Source: Flectonema sp. DT1601 (lineage: Eukaryota). Taken from it: a stretch of DNA of 64,000 nucleotides. The position numbers and the translations under genes were made by a program. The notes beneath the pieces were generated by a model. It was not told the DNA's origin, made no database searches, and saw nothing but the letters and a program-made list of their open reading frames with translations. How positions within the stretch are numbered: position 1 is the stretch's first letter; each line of letters begins with the position of its first letter. This document shows positions 46,713 through 58,370 of the stretch, piece by piece. The stretch covers positions 1,736,001 to 1,800,000 of the forward strand of contig OZ025780.1 of assembly GCA_964019425.1 (NCBI GenBank), given 5' to 3'.

Positions 46713-49461
46713 CGTGTTTTTTTTTTTTTAATTCTTTTAATTTTATACCTGCAGAGGTATAATTACGCAGTTTAGCCCATTTTCAAAAAAAAAAAAAAAA
46801 AAAAAAAATTAGCCTTGTTTCGTAAGACAAGAAGGAAGGCTATTCTGTGACACTGGTCAGTAGTGTTGACTTCAATTGTAGTTTAAATGACTATGGATGC
46901 AATATATAGACGGCGTTTTTCTTTTACGTTTAAACCTCTCTTTTTTTGTTACGACGATTTTTTTATTTTGTTAATTTGTTATAATTTTTTTCCTATTAAC
47001 GAATTTATTTTCGTTACACACACAAGACAACGTTTTCCCTTTTGGCGATTAAAAAGGTTGTTTTTTGGGGTACTGGGGTGAAGGCAGGATTCCTTAGTGG
47101 ATTACTTCATTGGAAGAAAGTATCTTTTTTTTTTTTTTTTTTTTTTTTTTTTGTCTCCTGGGTAGAATCTGTTCTCGGAATTTGTGTAGCGTAATATCGG
47201 TGTTCGATCTATTGTTAAGATGGAACAGCAGAATAATTTTTTTTTTTTTTTTTTTTTTCAATAATTATCTTTTTTCTGATTTAGTACCATTATTTTTTAA
47301 ACGAAACTGACTTTACTTTTTTTTATGTTAGCCTGTTCTTGGAGAGCTCTGATGGAGAAACAATGTGAAAAAAAAAAAAATGTAGATATGAAAATCTCAG
47401 AGCCTAACATTCTACTAACTAACTAAGAAGACACTAGTAGGAACAACAGAGCAAATGTGTTATTTTCTTTTATTATTTTAAGATCTTTTTGATATCCTGC
47501 GCTGTTTTATAAAATTAACTGACCCACTTACTGAATCGACAGGAATTGACTTATACGTCTAGTATTGCTTTATAAAGAGAAGCCATTCAAATTTTCAGCA
47601 CTTGCTATTCTCGACTCATATCTGCTTGAGATGCCGCACCAGCTGTTGTCGTGGATTTTCCGTTCACCTTTTTTTTATTTTGGTTTGATAAAGCAGGCAG
47701 CAGTAACAGATTTTGAGGAATTCCTTTTCCCCCCTTTTTCTGATTGTTTTTTTGGCTTTCTCCACTTTGCTTACTTTTTTTTTTTTTTTTTTTTTTGACT
47801 TACACCATTTATTTTTGTTGTGCGCAACCTATAATCCTAATAAAGGAAATAGGTAAGTTACGCTGACACGATTCTCCTTTTACCTGCAGGTATTATAAAT
47901 ATCCCAGCATCGGTAGAGAGTGCAGCTGTTGTTTGCTCCTGACACCTCCTTTTGACATCTCGTACGATGTGTTCGTCAACTTGCGGCATCACCTCAGAGG
48001 ATCAGGATTCTAAGAGTTGTTTTTAGTTCTTGTTCACCTCTTCTTCACTCTCCTTGGTTAAGACCTCAATAGGTTAAAGGTGTGATGTGTGTTGTGTTTA
48101 ATTCTTGCAGGCTAATGCGCCAAAATTATCTCAGATCTTTTACGCTCCTATTTCTTTTGTTACTTTTTCCACCTTCCTCAGATGCCAATTATTATTTTTT
48201 TCCAAACCGAAACTCTTCTTAGAAGTTGATATATTCTGGTCTATGAAGTGGCCTTATTTAAGAATGCAGTTTTTTTTTTTTGTTTTTTGTTTTTTGAAAA
48301 TAAATAACTACATACATTCTCCTCACCGATTGTGAGGAAAGATTTTTTTTTTTTTTTTTTTTTTGCAAAAGAGGATGTTATTTTTAAAGAATTCGTTGTT
48401 TAGCTAAATAAGGCTTTAGATGAGTGAAGGAGTACTTTATTATGAACTAAATAAAATATATGTCTTGATGACCATCATGAAATATTTATTTATTCATAAA
48501 TAACTACTTTACTCCTTAAGTCAAGCAGTAAACAGAGGATTGCCTTTGGTAGGGTTGCCATGGGAAGGTTTGAGAACCATTCTGTAAAATCCTTGTCATC
48601 ATAATACATGTGAATGTTAAAGGGATTGTGGTTTTTTGTGTACAAACGAAAAATTTGAATGTTGTTCTTACAAAAAGCCAATTTTCTTTTTATTTTTTTA
48701 TTTTTTGCGGCAAACTCGAAGTCTTTCTCCGCCTTTTAAGCTGTAACGGGCATGGGGCTCAACCTGAAGTACAGGCCCTTGAATCCCCATATTCGACAGC
48801 ATATGTAGGAGTTTATCGATACCAACTGTTGATCTCTTTTCACTGCAACCAGGTTCGGCCAAACCCTATATTCGTTTTAGCAAGTTTTCAAATTGCTTTA
48901 TATTTAATCATAGTATCAAGTTACCCCCCCCTTTTTTTTGTTAGAGGCATGTGTTATAATGTAAAGACCTCTACGTCATGTGTGGAGTATTTACCTGCTG
49001 ACATTACCTTTAGTCAACATGTATCATAACTAATAGTTTTATATTAGTTTACTCTGGTACAATACAGATATTTATTTCTTCATAAATATATTCAAAACAT
49101 TTCATCCCCTGCTTTTTGTTTTTCTTTTCCGAAACCACCGACAATCAACCAGAACAAACGGGGAACACACACAGCGAACAGCTATAGATGTATACTGTTC
49201 CTATGCGATGCTATATTAGAGTGTCAGTTTTTTATTTTTTTTTGAGGGGAGGGGTACACAATGCACTATATTTACTTATGTGAGGCACTGCCCCTCCCTA
49301 TTTTGTTGAAGATAATATTGTAGCGAAGTACCACACAAAAAAAAAAAAAAATCATCATTTTATTAATTAAAACAGGTTAAATATATTTGAGTAAAGAGAT
49401 GGGTTGTAGGAATTAATTTCTGTTTCTGTTAACAATATTTAATAAATCAGGTCAGAGTAAT

Positions 49462-51198
49462 ATGAATATCAAACACGTACCAGTAAACACTAGGGGAAGA
49501 GGAAGAGGACTACCATTGGCTAAGATGCCTCCAACTCAGGGTAATGCTAGACAGGCAATAGCAGTTGCAAGACCTGCAAGACCAGCGATATCACATCCAA
49601 AGGGGATTCTTCCAAAGCCACCTGCTCCTAAACCTCCGACTCCAAAAACACCAACCGCGAATAGTCCGATAAAATTAATAACTCCAATGAGTGTTGTGAA
49701 ACCTTTTCCTAAAATAGTAAGACAACATCCTCTTCCTCCATCAGCTCTTGGGACTCCTCCTCGAGTGCCAGATATTCCAACTCCTACTTATAAGTCTGCT
49801 GTTCCTCTTCAACTTCAACCTCAGCTTCTGCCTCAACAACAGCCTCAGCCTCAACCTCAGCCAACACAAAGTCCAAGAAAAACGCCGACAGCTGTAACAG
49901 AGTCGAGAGATCTTTACAAATTTGAAAGAAGACTCGTTGAACTAAACCCCGCTCTTAGAAAAGGAATTCCTGGCAACGTTATAAGGGTTCTGGCTAATCA
50001 TGTTAGAATTCCTGCTGAGGCTAACTTACTTCAATTTGATGAAGGTAGTAATCCTCCTGAAATAATTTGTTCACAAGATTCAGATTTACCCATCGACGTT
50101 GACGATCTAAGTGACACTACTGGTGGTAAACTTCAAACAGTTTCTGTTCTTCTAATGTCTGTAGATGTTATCGCACACTCTCATTCTATAAAACTATATC
50201 TAAATAAGGATAATCAGATACCTACTTTCACTGGTGAAACCAGCAACGACCTGGCTGTTGCTCTGAAGGAAAATACCAATGGCGGTTTAGACTTGACAGA
50301 GATATATACTTGGTTTCCTTTTGTACAGTTAAGGAATAAAGAAAACATTCAAAGCACAGTTTTCATACCAATGCTAATTGAATCTTCAAAGGTATTAAAA
50401 GCGGTTGGGTTCAAGGCTGTTCCTTTGAGCGAAGCTTTGGATTCGTCGGATTTTTTAGTTCGACTAGTCGCTGATTCGATGACTGAATTCGTCACTCGAC
50501 AATGTACAGAAATTATTTGGAATCAACTTGAGAAGAATGTCTCTCTCTTAGAAGTTGTCAATCAAAGAAAAAAAGCAAAAGCTGAAAAGGAAAAAACAAA
50601 ACGTAGTCTTAGAGAAGAAGCACGAGCAGATCTCAAGAGATTAAGACAAGAAGAAAAAATCGAATGGGAAGCGAAATGCGCTGAAGAGAATGTTGGATTG
50701 ACTGAAGATGATGTTTCTGAATTAACTCCAGGGAGAACTGTTTTTATAGCAAATTTCAAACAAGAAACTGCAAAGCTTGAGAAACAACTACAAGAAACAT
50801 GGCAGATTGAAGACGACAACGAGATCACATCAACTGGTCAGAATACTAAAATTACTTCATCCCAACCCGACATGAAATACAAACGTGCGCTTGGTCACTT
50901 CTGCGGTACAAGCAAAGGATGTGTTCAACGCAACCACTACGCCAGGGCACTTCTTTCTCTGAGCCCCGTCAATGGAGATTTACAGCGCCTAACAGAACTA
51001 TTACAGTTAATACCGACAAAGGGAAGTATTTATAATATGCATCAAATATCAGAACAGGAATGTAACTTATATCAAAAACAACCGAATGAAGCAACTGAAG
51101 AAGAAGAAGAAGAAGAAATGGTTGTCGAAGACCCGACAGATTGCAACGAACCAACACCATGTGAACTATCTGGTGAGGAAGCTCAGGTTGAATCATAA
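49462..51198 (+). CDS. CCAR1/DBC1-like protein (Pro-rich N-terminus, DBC1-like domain, coiled coil, degenerate EF-hand)
   Basis: VSVLLMS, GLDLT....W..F..STVFIP, LS..LD..F.V.L.A and ALGHF...KG resemble CCAR1/DBC1 conserved blocks as I recall them. Possible micro-exon ATGG at 49399-49402. Confidence 0.55.
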   Translation: MNIKHVPVNTRGRGRGLPLAKMPPTQGNARQAIAVARPARPAISHPKGILPKPPAPKPPTPKTPTANSPIKLITPMSVVKPFPKIVRQHPLPPSALGTPPRVPDIPTPTYKSAVPLQLQPQLLPQQQPQPQPQPTQSPRKTPTAVTESRDLYKFERRLVELNPALRKGIPGNVIRVLANHVRIPAEANLLQFDEGSNPPEIICSQDSDLPIDVDDLSDTTGGKLQTVSVLLMSVDVIAHSHSIKLYLNKDNQIPTFTGETSNDLAVALKENTNGGLDLTEIYTWFPFVQLRNKENIQSTVFIPMLIESSKVLKAVGFKAVPLSEALDSSDFLVRLVADSMTEFVTRQCTEIIWNQLEKNVSLLEVVNQRKKAKAEKEKTKRSLREEARADLKRLRQEEKIEWEAKCAEENVGLTEDDVSELTPGRTVFIANFKQETAKLEKQLQETWQIEDDNEITSTGQNTKITSSQPDMKYKRALGHFCGTSKGCVQRNHYARALLSLSPVNGDLQRLTELLQLIPTKGSIYNMHQISEQECNLYQKQPNEATEEEEEEEMVVEDPTDCNEPTPCELSGEEAQVES

Positions 51199-51552
51199 TA
51201 ACAGGAAGAGATCTGAATTGGTTGAAGTAAAAGGTATTGCTTCCTCTTCGGATAATCAATTTAAAAAAAAAAAAAAAAAAGGATTTTTTTTTTTTGCGAA
51301 AGTAATTCATCGCTTATGTGATGACTATTTAGATACCCTGTTCTGACCTTCACGAAAAGTGTTGTCGAAGTGTTTTGACAAGTTACTCCGACATGTGGAG
51401 TTCATTTCCTTTTTATAATTCTTAACAAGCGATGGTTGACTATATCTAAACATAAAATATGACGATAAGGTAGTGAGAGAACTCTACAAGATTACAGGCA
51501 CAGGGAGGATTTCATTAGTTTTCCTTTCGCCCACCAGTACCAAAGCCTCTAA

Positions 51553-53055
51553 ATGAATCGCGCACTCACACTCTCATCGCACTTGAATCCTCACCAACCG
51601 TCTGGAGGTACGATCACGTCATCTCATGCTCCACAAAAGGGAGGATCATCTCTCAGTACTCTTGAGAAGGCTCTAACTGTTAATTTAGATAGCAGTAAGT
51701 ATGGTGTGTTTTGTGAGATTGGTGCAGGTCAGGAGGTGGTTCGTTTTTTCTTCTTGGCTGGGGGTGCGTCGGGAACGATTGCCAAATCAATGAGCGCATA
51801 CGACAAGGATGTCTCCGATGCTATTTACGGACAGGAACCCGGACGGAGATACGTCACGAAGGGAAGGCTTCAGAAAATGCTTGACCGAGAGTTTGAAATT
51901 CTCTTAGAAAGAATGCCTAAAGAACGCGGTAAGCAAACTCAGTACTTTGTATTCTCTGATACGATAGCTGCCCGCAGCTTTAAGGGAGGAGGGAATTGCC
52001 ACGGCTGGATGGGACTAAAAGCTCAGCTGTACCCTGACGCAGAGCCCAGTCAAATTATTCTTCATGTCAGAATGTTTGACACCACTAACCAACAGCAACA
52101 GCATGCCTTAGGTATACTTGGAGTTAATTTAATATACGCCATGTTCTACTTAAAGAGAGATCCTTACAAGCTACTCGACTCCCTCTTAGAAGGTGTTGGA
52201 AGGGATCGAATAGAAATAGACCAATGTCAGTTATCAGGTCCTTACTTTGATTCTCACAACCCGAGACTAACAGCTCTTCATTTGGTAACAAGTGGGCTGA
52301 CTAATGCGATACTGTTTGATGCCTCGGGTAGCATAGTAAATGCTGGTGATATTTTTTATAAAAAAGATGTTCTTGTCCTCAGAGGTAGATTCCGACCAGT
52401 TACCAGAGTAGCTGTAGACATGAGAGCATCAGCTGAAGCGATGATTGGAAAGAAGAGAATGGTAACACTGGCTGAGATATCAACTCGTCAGTTAATTAAT
52501 TCCAACAGTGGTGTTGACTACCATAAAGACTTCTTAAGTAGAGTTGACGTTTTGTGTTCTCAAGGATTTCATGTTCTTGTAACTGACTATTTGAGATTCT
52601 TCCGTCTTCGTGAGTATCTCCACACCTACACAAGAAGAACTGTAACCTTCTGCATGTCCGTATTTAACGTCATCGATCTGTTTCAAGAACATTTTTATGA
52701 AGGAATGGAAGGAGGAATTCTCGAAGCAATGGGTCGGTTATTCTCTGGTAACGTTACACTTTTAGTGTACCCGAGACAGAACCCAAAAGACCCAAATAGA
52801 TCGTTAATTACGGCTGATAATATTTTAACGACAAAAACATCATTTGATCCTTCTCTTCATCATTTGTATGCTTTCTTAAGAGAAACGGGTAAAGTAATTC
52901 CAGTTACTGGTTATGAGGAATCGATATTAACAATTGACACTGCTCACGTGCTTCAAGATCTCCAACAAGGTGGAAGCCACTGGGAGACAGTTGTCCCAAC
53001 TGCTGCTGTGGAAATGATAAAAGAAAAGCGACTGTTTGGGTACAACAGTCACTAA
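51553..53055 (+). CDS. Bacterial-type PncC/CinA-like + nucleotidyltransferase (NadD-like) fusion protein with a PTS2-like N-terminus
   Basis: KAL.VNL...YG.F.EIGAGQE..R.FF.AGGASGTIAK.MSAYDK..SDAIYG, RG.FRPVT and WE..VP.....IKEK.LFGY match a conserved bacterial family. Intronless. Confidence 0.7.
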   Translation: MNRALTLSSHLNPHQPSGGTITSSHAPQKGGSSLSTLEKALTVNLDSSKYGVFCEIGAGQEVVRFFFLAGGASGTIAKSMSAYDKDVSDAIYGQEPGRRYVTKGRLQKMLDREFEILLERMPKERGKQTQYFVFSDTIAARSFKGGGNCHGWMGLKAQLYPDAEPSQIILHVRMFDTTNQQQQHALGILGVNLIYAMFYLKRDPYKLLDSLLEGVGRDRIEIDQCQLSGPYFDSHNPRLTALHLVTSGLTNAILFDASGSIVNAGDIFYKKDVLVLRGRFRPVTRVAVDMRASAEAMIGKKRMVTLAEISTRQLINSNSGVDYHKDFLSRVDVLCSQGFHVLVTDYLRFFRLREYLHTYTRRTVTFCMSVFNVIDLFQEHFYEGMEGGILEAMGRLFSGNVTLLVYPRQNPKDPNRSLITADNILTTKTSFDPSLHHLYAFLRETGKVIPVTGYEESILTIDTAHVLQDLQQGGSHWETVVPTAAVEMIKEKRLFGYNSH

Positions 53056-54154
53056 GTGATCATCTCTTATTTTGACTTATAATATTTGGTAACGTGTATT
53101 CACATTAAGCGTGTGGTGTGGTATTGACTATTTTTATGAAATGAATACTTTTTTTTTCGTGGAGGTATTTTTCTGTAGTTCTGTTTCTTTTTACAATCCG
53201 CACCTACGACCCAATCCCAGAGAGCCGTATGCTGCACCTCCTGACCAGCGGCCGAAAGGCACACTTATTGGGGTTCTCAATTAATCGGTTAGATAACTAA
53301 AACGTAAGAAAGATCAAAGGAATCACCAGTTTTACTGAACCTGCGATCGTACTGTTGGCGGGTTCGGTTTGGGTTTCCCGCTTGCGTAGAAAAGCCTATT
53401 CTTTTTGTATTTTTATTTATTTTATTTCGTTTTTCATTTTTGTTTTATAAATCTGTTGTTGTCTTGTTTTGCTTACAGTTCCAACAATTGCCAAAACAGG
53501 CTGGTCGTTTTGAGAGAATAAGCACCCATTTGACTTGACGGACGAACATTACCTTTTTTTTAAAAATTTCCATTCATTTTTTTTTTTTTTTTTTTTTTAT
53601 AGTGCGGTTGTTCGCGAAGAAGATCTCAGATCGGTTTTCAGCACCCTTTAGAGAGGACAACATGTGATGGCGGCATAGAAAATGATTTGCTGTTGTGGGT
53701 CCTCACTTTATGGAGTGGAAAACCAGCTCAACTGCGAATCCCATTTCCTTAACAGACCAACGTCCCTCTTGGTTGGTTGGTTGGTTGGTGTGTTATACTA
53801 CTAATCTTTTTTGATGTTTATTCGCGTGTTACGATAATAAAAACATCGAGTTTTCAATTCACAGTTTTTCTTAACGACTCTATGAATATGTTCTTGAGCA
53901 TTAAGAAGACGTGTCTGTTGATATGCCGCTGTGAAGTTGACCTTTTCGACGGTTGACCAGCTGGTCGAATTTATTCTTTATGTTGACCGACAGTAAGTGA
54001 TATTATTAAAAAACTTTTCTTCTGTTGAAGTAGTTCTGCTCCTTCAGATCAGGGAAGTAGTTTGATGATTTATTGTTTCAGTTTTTTGTTTTAATTTATT
54101 ATCATCATTCAGAATGAATGAAATGTATTGAGGATATCGGTAGTGAGTGTAGTA

Positions 54155-56402
54155 ATGACTTTCTCTTCCCTGAAGACAAGGGTAACAGTCGCAATTATAA
54201 TCGGCTGTATAGCAGGAGTCATAGTTGGGTGGGGTGCAGGAACTGCTGTTGAACAACACCAACAACAAACAATCGATGCTCAACACATATATATAGCAGA
54301 TGCTGTAGAGAGTGCTGTAGACCTAATCTTACAATTAGTACTCAAGGACTGCGCATCTATATCTGGATTGTATGATCATTCAGGTCCTAACTACACAAAA
54401 CCTCGATCTTCGTTACTACGAGGCATTTATGTGGGCACCAATTGTAACAAACGACCAGAGAGAAGAGTTTGAACAGAGACTTATTAATGAATATGGAAAT
54501 GAGACTGCGGAATTAGGGATAAAATCATTCAATAAAAACAGTCAACCAGAACCGAGAGTTCAACGACGGATTTATTATCCGATTGAAAGGACTACGGACT
54601 TAGATCAAAACAAAGACTATATTGGATTTGACTTAGGAAGTGACCAACAACACATCAGTGCTATTTATAAAGCTTCTGAAACAGATCAAGCGGTAGCAAC
54701 AGAACTCTTAGTCAGCGCTACTAAAGAGAATTCAATTCTTCTTCTTACTGCATATCGTAAGAATGGTTTGATTGAGGGACTGTCTTTGGGTGTTCTTCTT
54801 GTTAATGATTTATTACTGAATGCTATACCTCAAGGATATCGTGATTCTATAACGATGTATATATTTGATGAGACGTCAGGTGATGCTATATTTGCTTATG
54901 ATAAGATTCCTTTAGACTTAAGTGACGTAACTGGAATGGGAGGAGTTCCGATATGGAGAAACGTCTCAGTTGGACTGCGAGTTTGGAAGATGGCAATCTT
55001 CACCACTTCTAAGTTACGAGATTCAATAGCAGAGCCTTATGTTCGTACTGTGGTTGGGGTTTCTGTTGGTATTGGTTTCACCTTAGTCTGGTCTGTTATT
55101 TGTTTAACATACTTTCATGTTGTGAGCAACCACTCTAGTGTCTTGGAACAATTGAACGCAACTCACACCTGCGCTCTTGCAATCGTTAACATGGAGTTAG
55201 AGGAAGCCAGTGAAATATACAGCAATTTTAGAAATCATTCTAAAACAGACACCGTCTTAGATTGTTGTGCTGATATAATTGAAGTAATGAAGCAGTACAA
55301 GAGATTCTTACCGAGAGTTTGGAAAATTCAAGAAAAGATAAATGAAGAACCTGTCAGAGCATCAACAAGTGATGGAGGATCGATGGCTAACAGTATCAGA
55401 AGTACTCGTAGTAATCCTCTTCTGGTTGTAGAACCTCCTCAACCACTTCCTTTAACACACAAACACTCAATGAGAAGTGAACGAGCTCCAGCATCTCCAA
55501 AGAAACTTCAGGGAAATCGACTCCGAACAAGTCTCGGTCTTCATCGAGGATCAGTCACACTTGTTTGTGTTTCACTTTCTGAACATTTAGTTGGAACAGG
55601 TGAGTTGAATCAATTTTTAAATACCATCGCTGCCGCTGTTGGTCGCAATCAAAAGTTAAAACTCCCCGTGGTGACGGCATCACACATGTTGGTATCTTAT
55701 TCTGGTTATGACATCCACCCTGCCTTACATATTATAAGTACTTTAAGAGATGCATTACCGAGTGATTCATCTGAATCACCATTCACGTCGTCTGTTGTGC
55801 AGGGTACCTCCTGGTACGGAATAGTTGGTGGATTTCAAAACAGATTCTTCACTGTTGCTGGTGAGCTAATGGTTCAAGTCTATGCCGGGATGGCTTTTGC
55901 CAGAACAGTTCAGATTTCTTGTGTTGCGAATCAGCGTTTTACGAGGAAATCAGTTCCAATGAATAGCGCCTGGGTGTGTAATATACACTTCACTGGTGGA
56001 AGGAATCCATGTCCATTCTACTCCCTTCCAGAAAGAGGTAAAGAGTATTCATTAGAGATTACAATGCTTTCTGATATGATGGAACTTCGACAATACGAAG
56101 AAGCAAATCGTCTGATTCGACAACTTGAAAGTCAGACAACACTTTCATTCGCAGATCCAATATTCAAACTCTATCAGCAATATTTAAAAGTAAATAATGG
56201 TTTCACTCTTAAGCAATCCTTAGTATTCTGTAACAAACTTCCGGTGGCGGGAAATCCTTTTCAATTTAATTTCGATCGTTGGGTTGGTGATGAAGGATTA
56301 GGGAAGTCAGTCTTTTCTCCTCTAGTCACCGACTCTTGTGGAAATCAATCCTCAAGCACTCCTGTTAGCACCCCCCCACCTAGCATTGAAAGTAGGGTGT
56401 AG
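54155..56402 (+). pseudogene. CHASE-domain receptor with a degenerate cyclase-like domain, interrupted by a frameshift near 54385-54410 (pseudogene or sequence error)
   Basis: TM1 and the CHASE start are in one frame. WAPIV..REEFE, YYPI, IGFDLGS, TM2 and YKRFLP are in the +1 frame. Confidence 0.65.
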
Positions 56403-57040
56403 GGTTTATTGTTGACTGAACTCTGTCTTTTCTATTAGCATTTATTTAACAAATAAATGCTGGGGAACAGCAGCCTGCCTGGTTTCCGACATCATTTTTT
56501 GAAGCAAGGTGTCAAGAAATAATTAAGGCATTTTGCTGTTTTTTTTTTTTTTAAATTTTATTTAATCCTTCAGCTGAGTTTATTATTAGTTTCTTGTTAG
56601 TCTTCTCAAAGAAAAGGAAGTCTGCCTAAACACATGATTTTAACCCAAAATATTGCTCCTTTCCATTCTTAGGTAATAGTGCTCTGTTTCCACTCAGCAC
56701 ATGTTTTTTTCTTCTTTTCATAAAAACTTAATTTTTCACCTTTTTTTTTTGCATTGTCTGTTTTGGTTATTATTATCAAGTATGTTAATATTGTTCAAAT
56801 TCATGTGTGATTTGGGAATTTTTAGGTTTTATATTTCTGCCGTGGCATTGTCGGTGCTAAATAATCAATTTACCCTTTTTCTCTCTGTCTCTCTCTCTCT
56901 ATCTCTCGTCGCTATTTTCTTTTATTATGTTCGTTGTTTAATTTATCTGTTTCAACTGTTGAGTAAGTTATACAAAACACCTGAATTTTTATTTTTATTT
57001 ATATTTTCTTCTAAAGTAATAAAAACAAATCGATGCATAA

Positions 57041-58370
57041 ATGAATGCGATAGACATTGCGGGTGTGTTGCGCGAACTTCCGTCTCTGGGAGCAGCATTA
57101 GAAGCAGCCAGTAGAGATGTTGAACCCGCATATGACTTACTGTCGTCTTTCGAACGATTCTTCTCAGTTTCGGAAGTAAAATATAAAGAAGACGGCAGGT
57201 ATCCTTGTATTGCTTGTGCTGCTGATTTCTGTCAGAAGTACGGAAGAACTCCACCCTCAGAAGATAGTCATCAACATTACGAGCGTCGGGTTGACGAATT
57301 CGATGGAAGATGTAAAGGAAGAGGAGGACTTTGTGATGTTTCTTTATCACAAAATGATATTTATTATCAATGTCTTCATTGTAGTGATGTAGCTCTCTGT
57401 CCGCAATGTTTTAACTGCGGAGATCACTTTCCGCACACTCTAAGGAAAGTACAGAAAGAGGTGACTGAGTCTCCACCTCCACCACCACCACCACCACCGC
57501 CACTATCTCCTCTAACACCTGCCACTGCCGTTACGATACCTTCGAGTGAAGTACCTCCAACAGTGATAAGCTCTACTGAAGCAGTGCCAACACCAAAAAC
57601 TAGAACCCTGTGTTGGGAACCTGTTCGTTCATTCTTTAAAAAGGTTTTGCGAAAGAAGCGAACTCCAGCTGATGGGACAGCTTCCGAACAATTATCCATC
57701 GCAGGTTCTGAAAGTATGTATTCTACTTATCATTTCGTATAGTTGTTGTTTACCAATCTGTTTCTGAAGTCTTGTTTTTGTAGTTATCTCAGAATCCACA
57801 CAAAACAGATGAAGTTCAATCCCCTAATTCTAGACCTGAAATCCAACCTGCAGATCAGTATGTGTTACGTTGTGAAATAGTTTTTAGTTTCTGAGTCATA
57901 GAAAACATTAAAACAGAGCGAAGCTGTTTAAAGTTCGCAGTCAGAGAAGACTAGTCAAACATGCTCTATCACATCATAAAAATGAGTGCAGAAGTTTGAG
58001 ATGTCCACTTTGTGGAGAATGGAGTGGTAAGATGGGATGGGTTCAACATTTATTAACTCACGGGACTGGTGAATCAGTGATGGCTGTTATTCGATTGGAG
58101 TCTCAGGGGATTTCAAATTCATCAGACAGAGACATGTTGTTCATCGCTGATCACTTGAACTCGATGTCTGTTACTACTCCTGTTGACCGATCTGTAATTT
58201 TAAAGCAACGGGAACCTCATCTGGTTTGTACGATATGCGCTCGCTCTCAACTTAATGTTTCTGATTCTACTTCTCTGTTACCATGTGGACACTTTATTCA
58301 CAGCAAGTGTTTGGACGCAATTTTAACACAGGGCGCTCCTATTTCTAACATATGCCCAATGTGTACGTAA
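57041..58370 (+). CDS. ZZ/UBR-like zinc finger + C2H2-like + RING-H2 protein (putative E3 ligase); exons 57041-57713, 57809-57857 and 57917-58370
   Basis: CDV..YQCLHC..LCPQCF..H..H; CPLC..H...H; CTIC..LPCGHFIH..C..CPMC. Two gtatgt..aaacag introns join the ORFs in frame. Confidence 0.8.

Noticed and set aside
22986..48335. Many short ORFs rich in poly-F/poly-K
   Set aside because: They are translations of T/A homopolymer runs in intergenic or intronic DNA.
53241..53265. Hammerhead-like ctgaccag..gccgaaaggc
   Set aside because: Lacks the CUGANGA core and the downstream GAAA/stem III.
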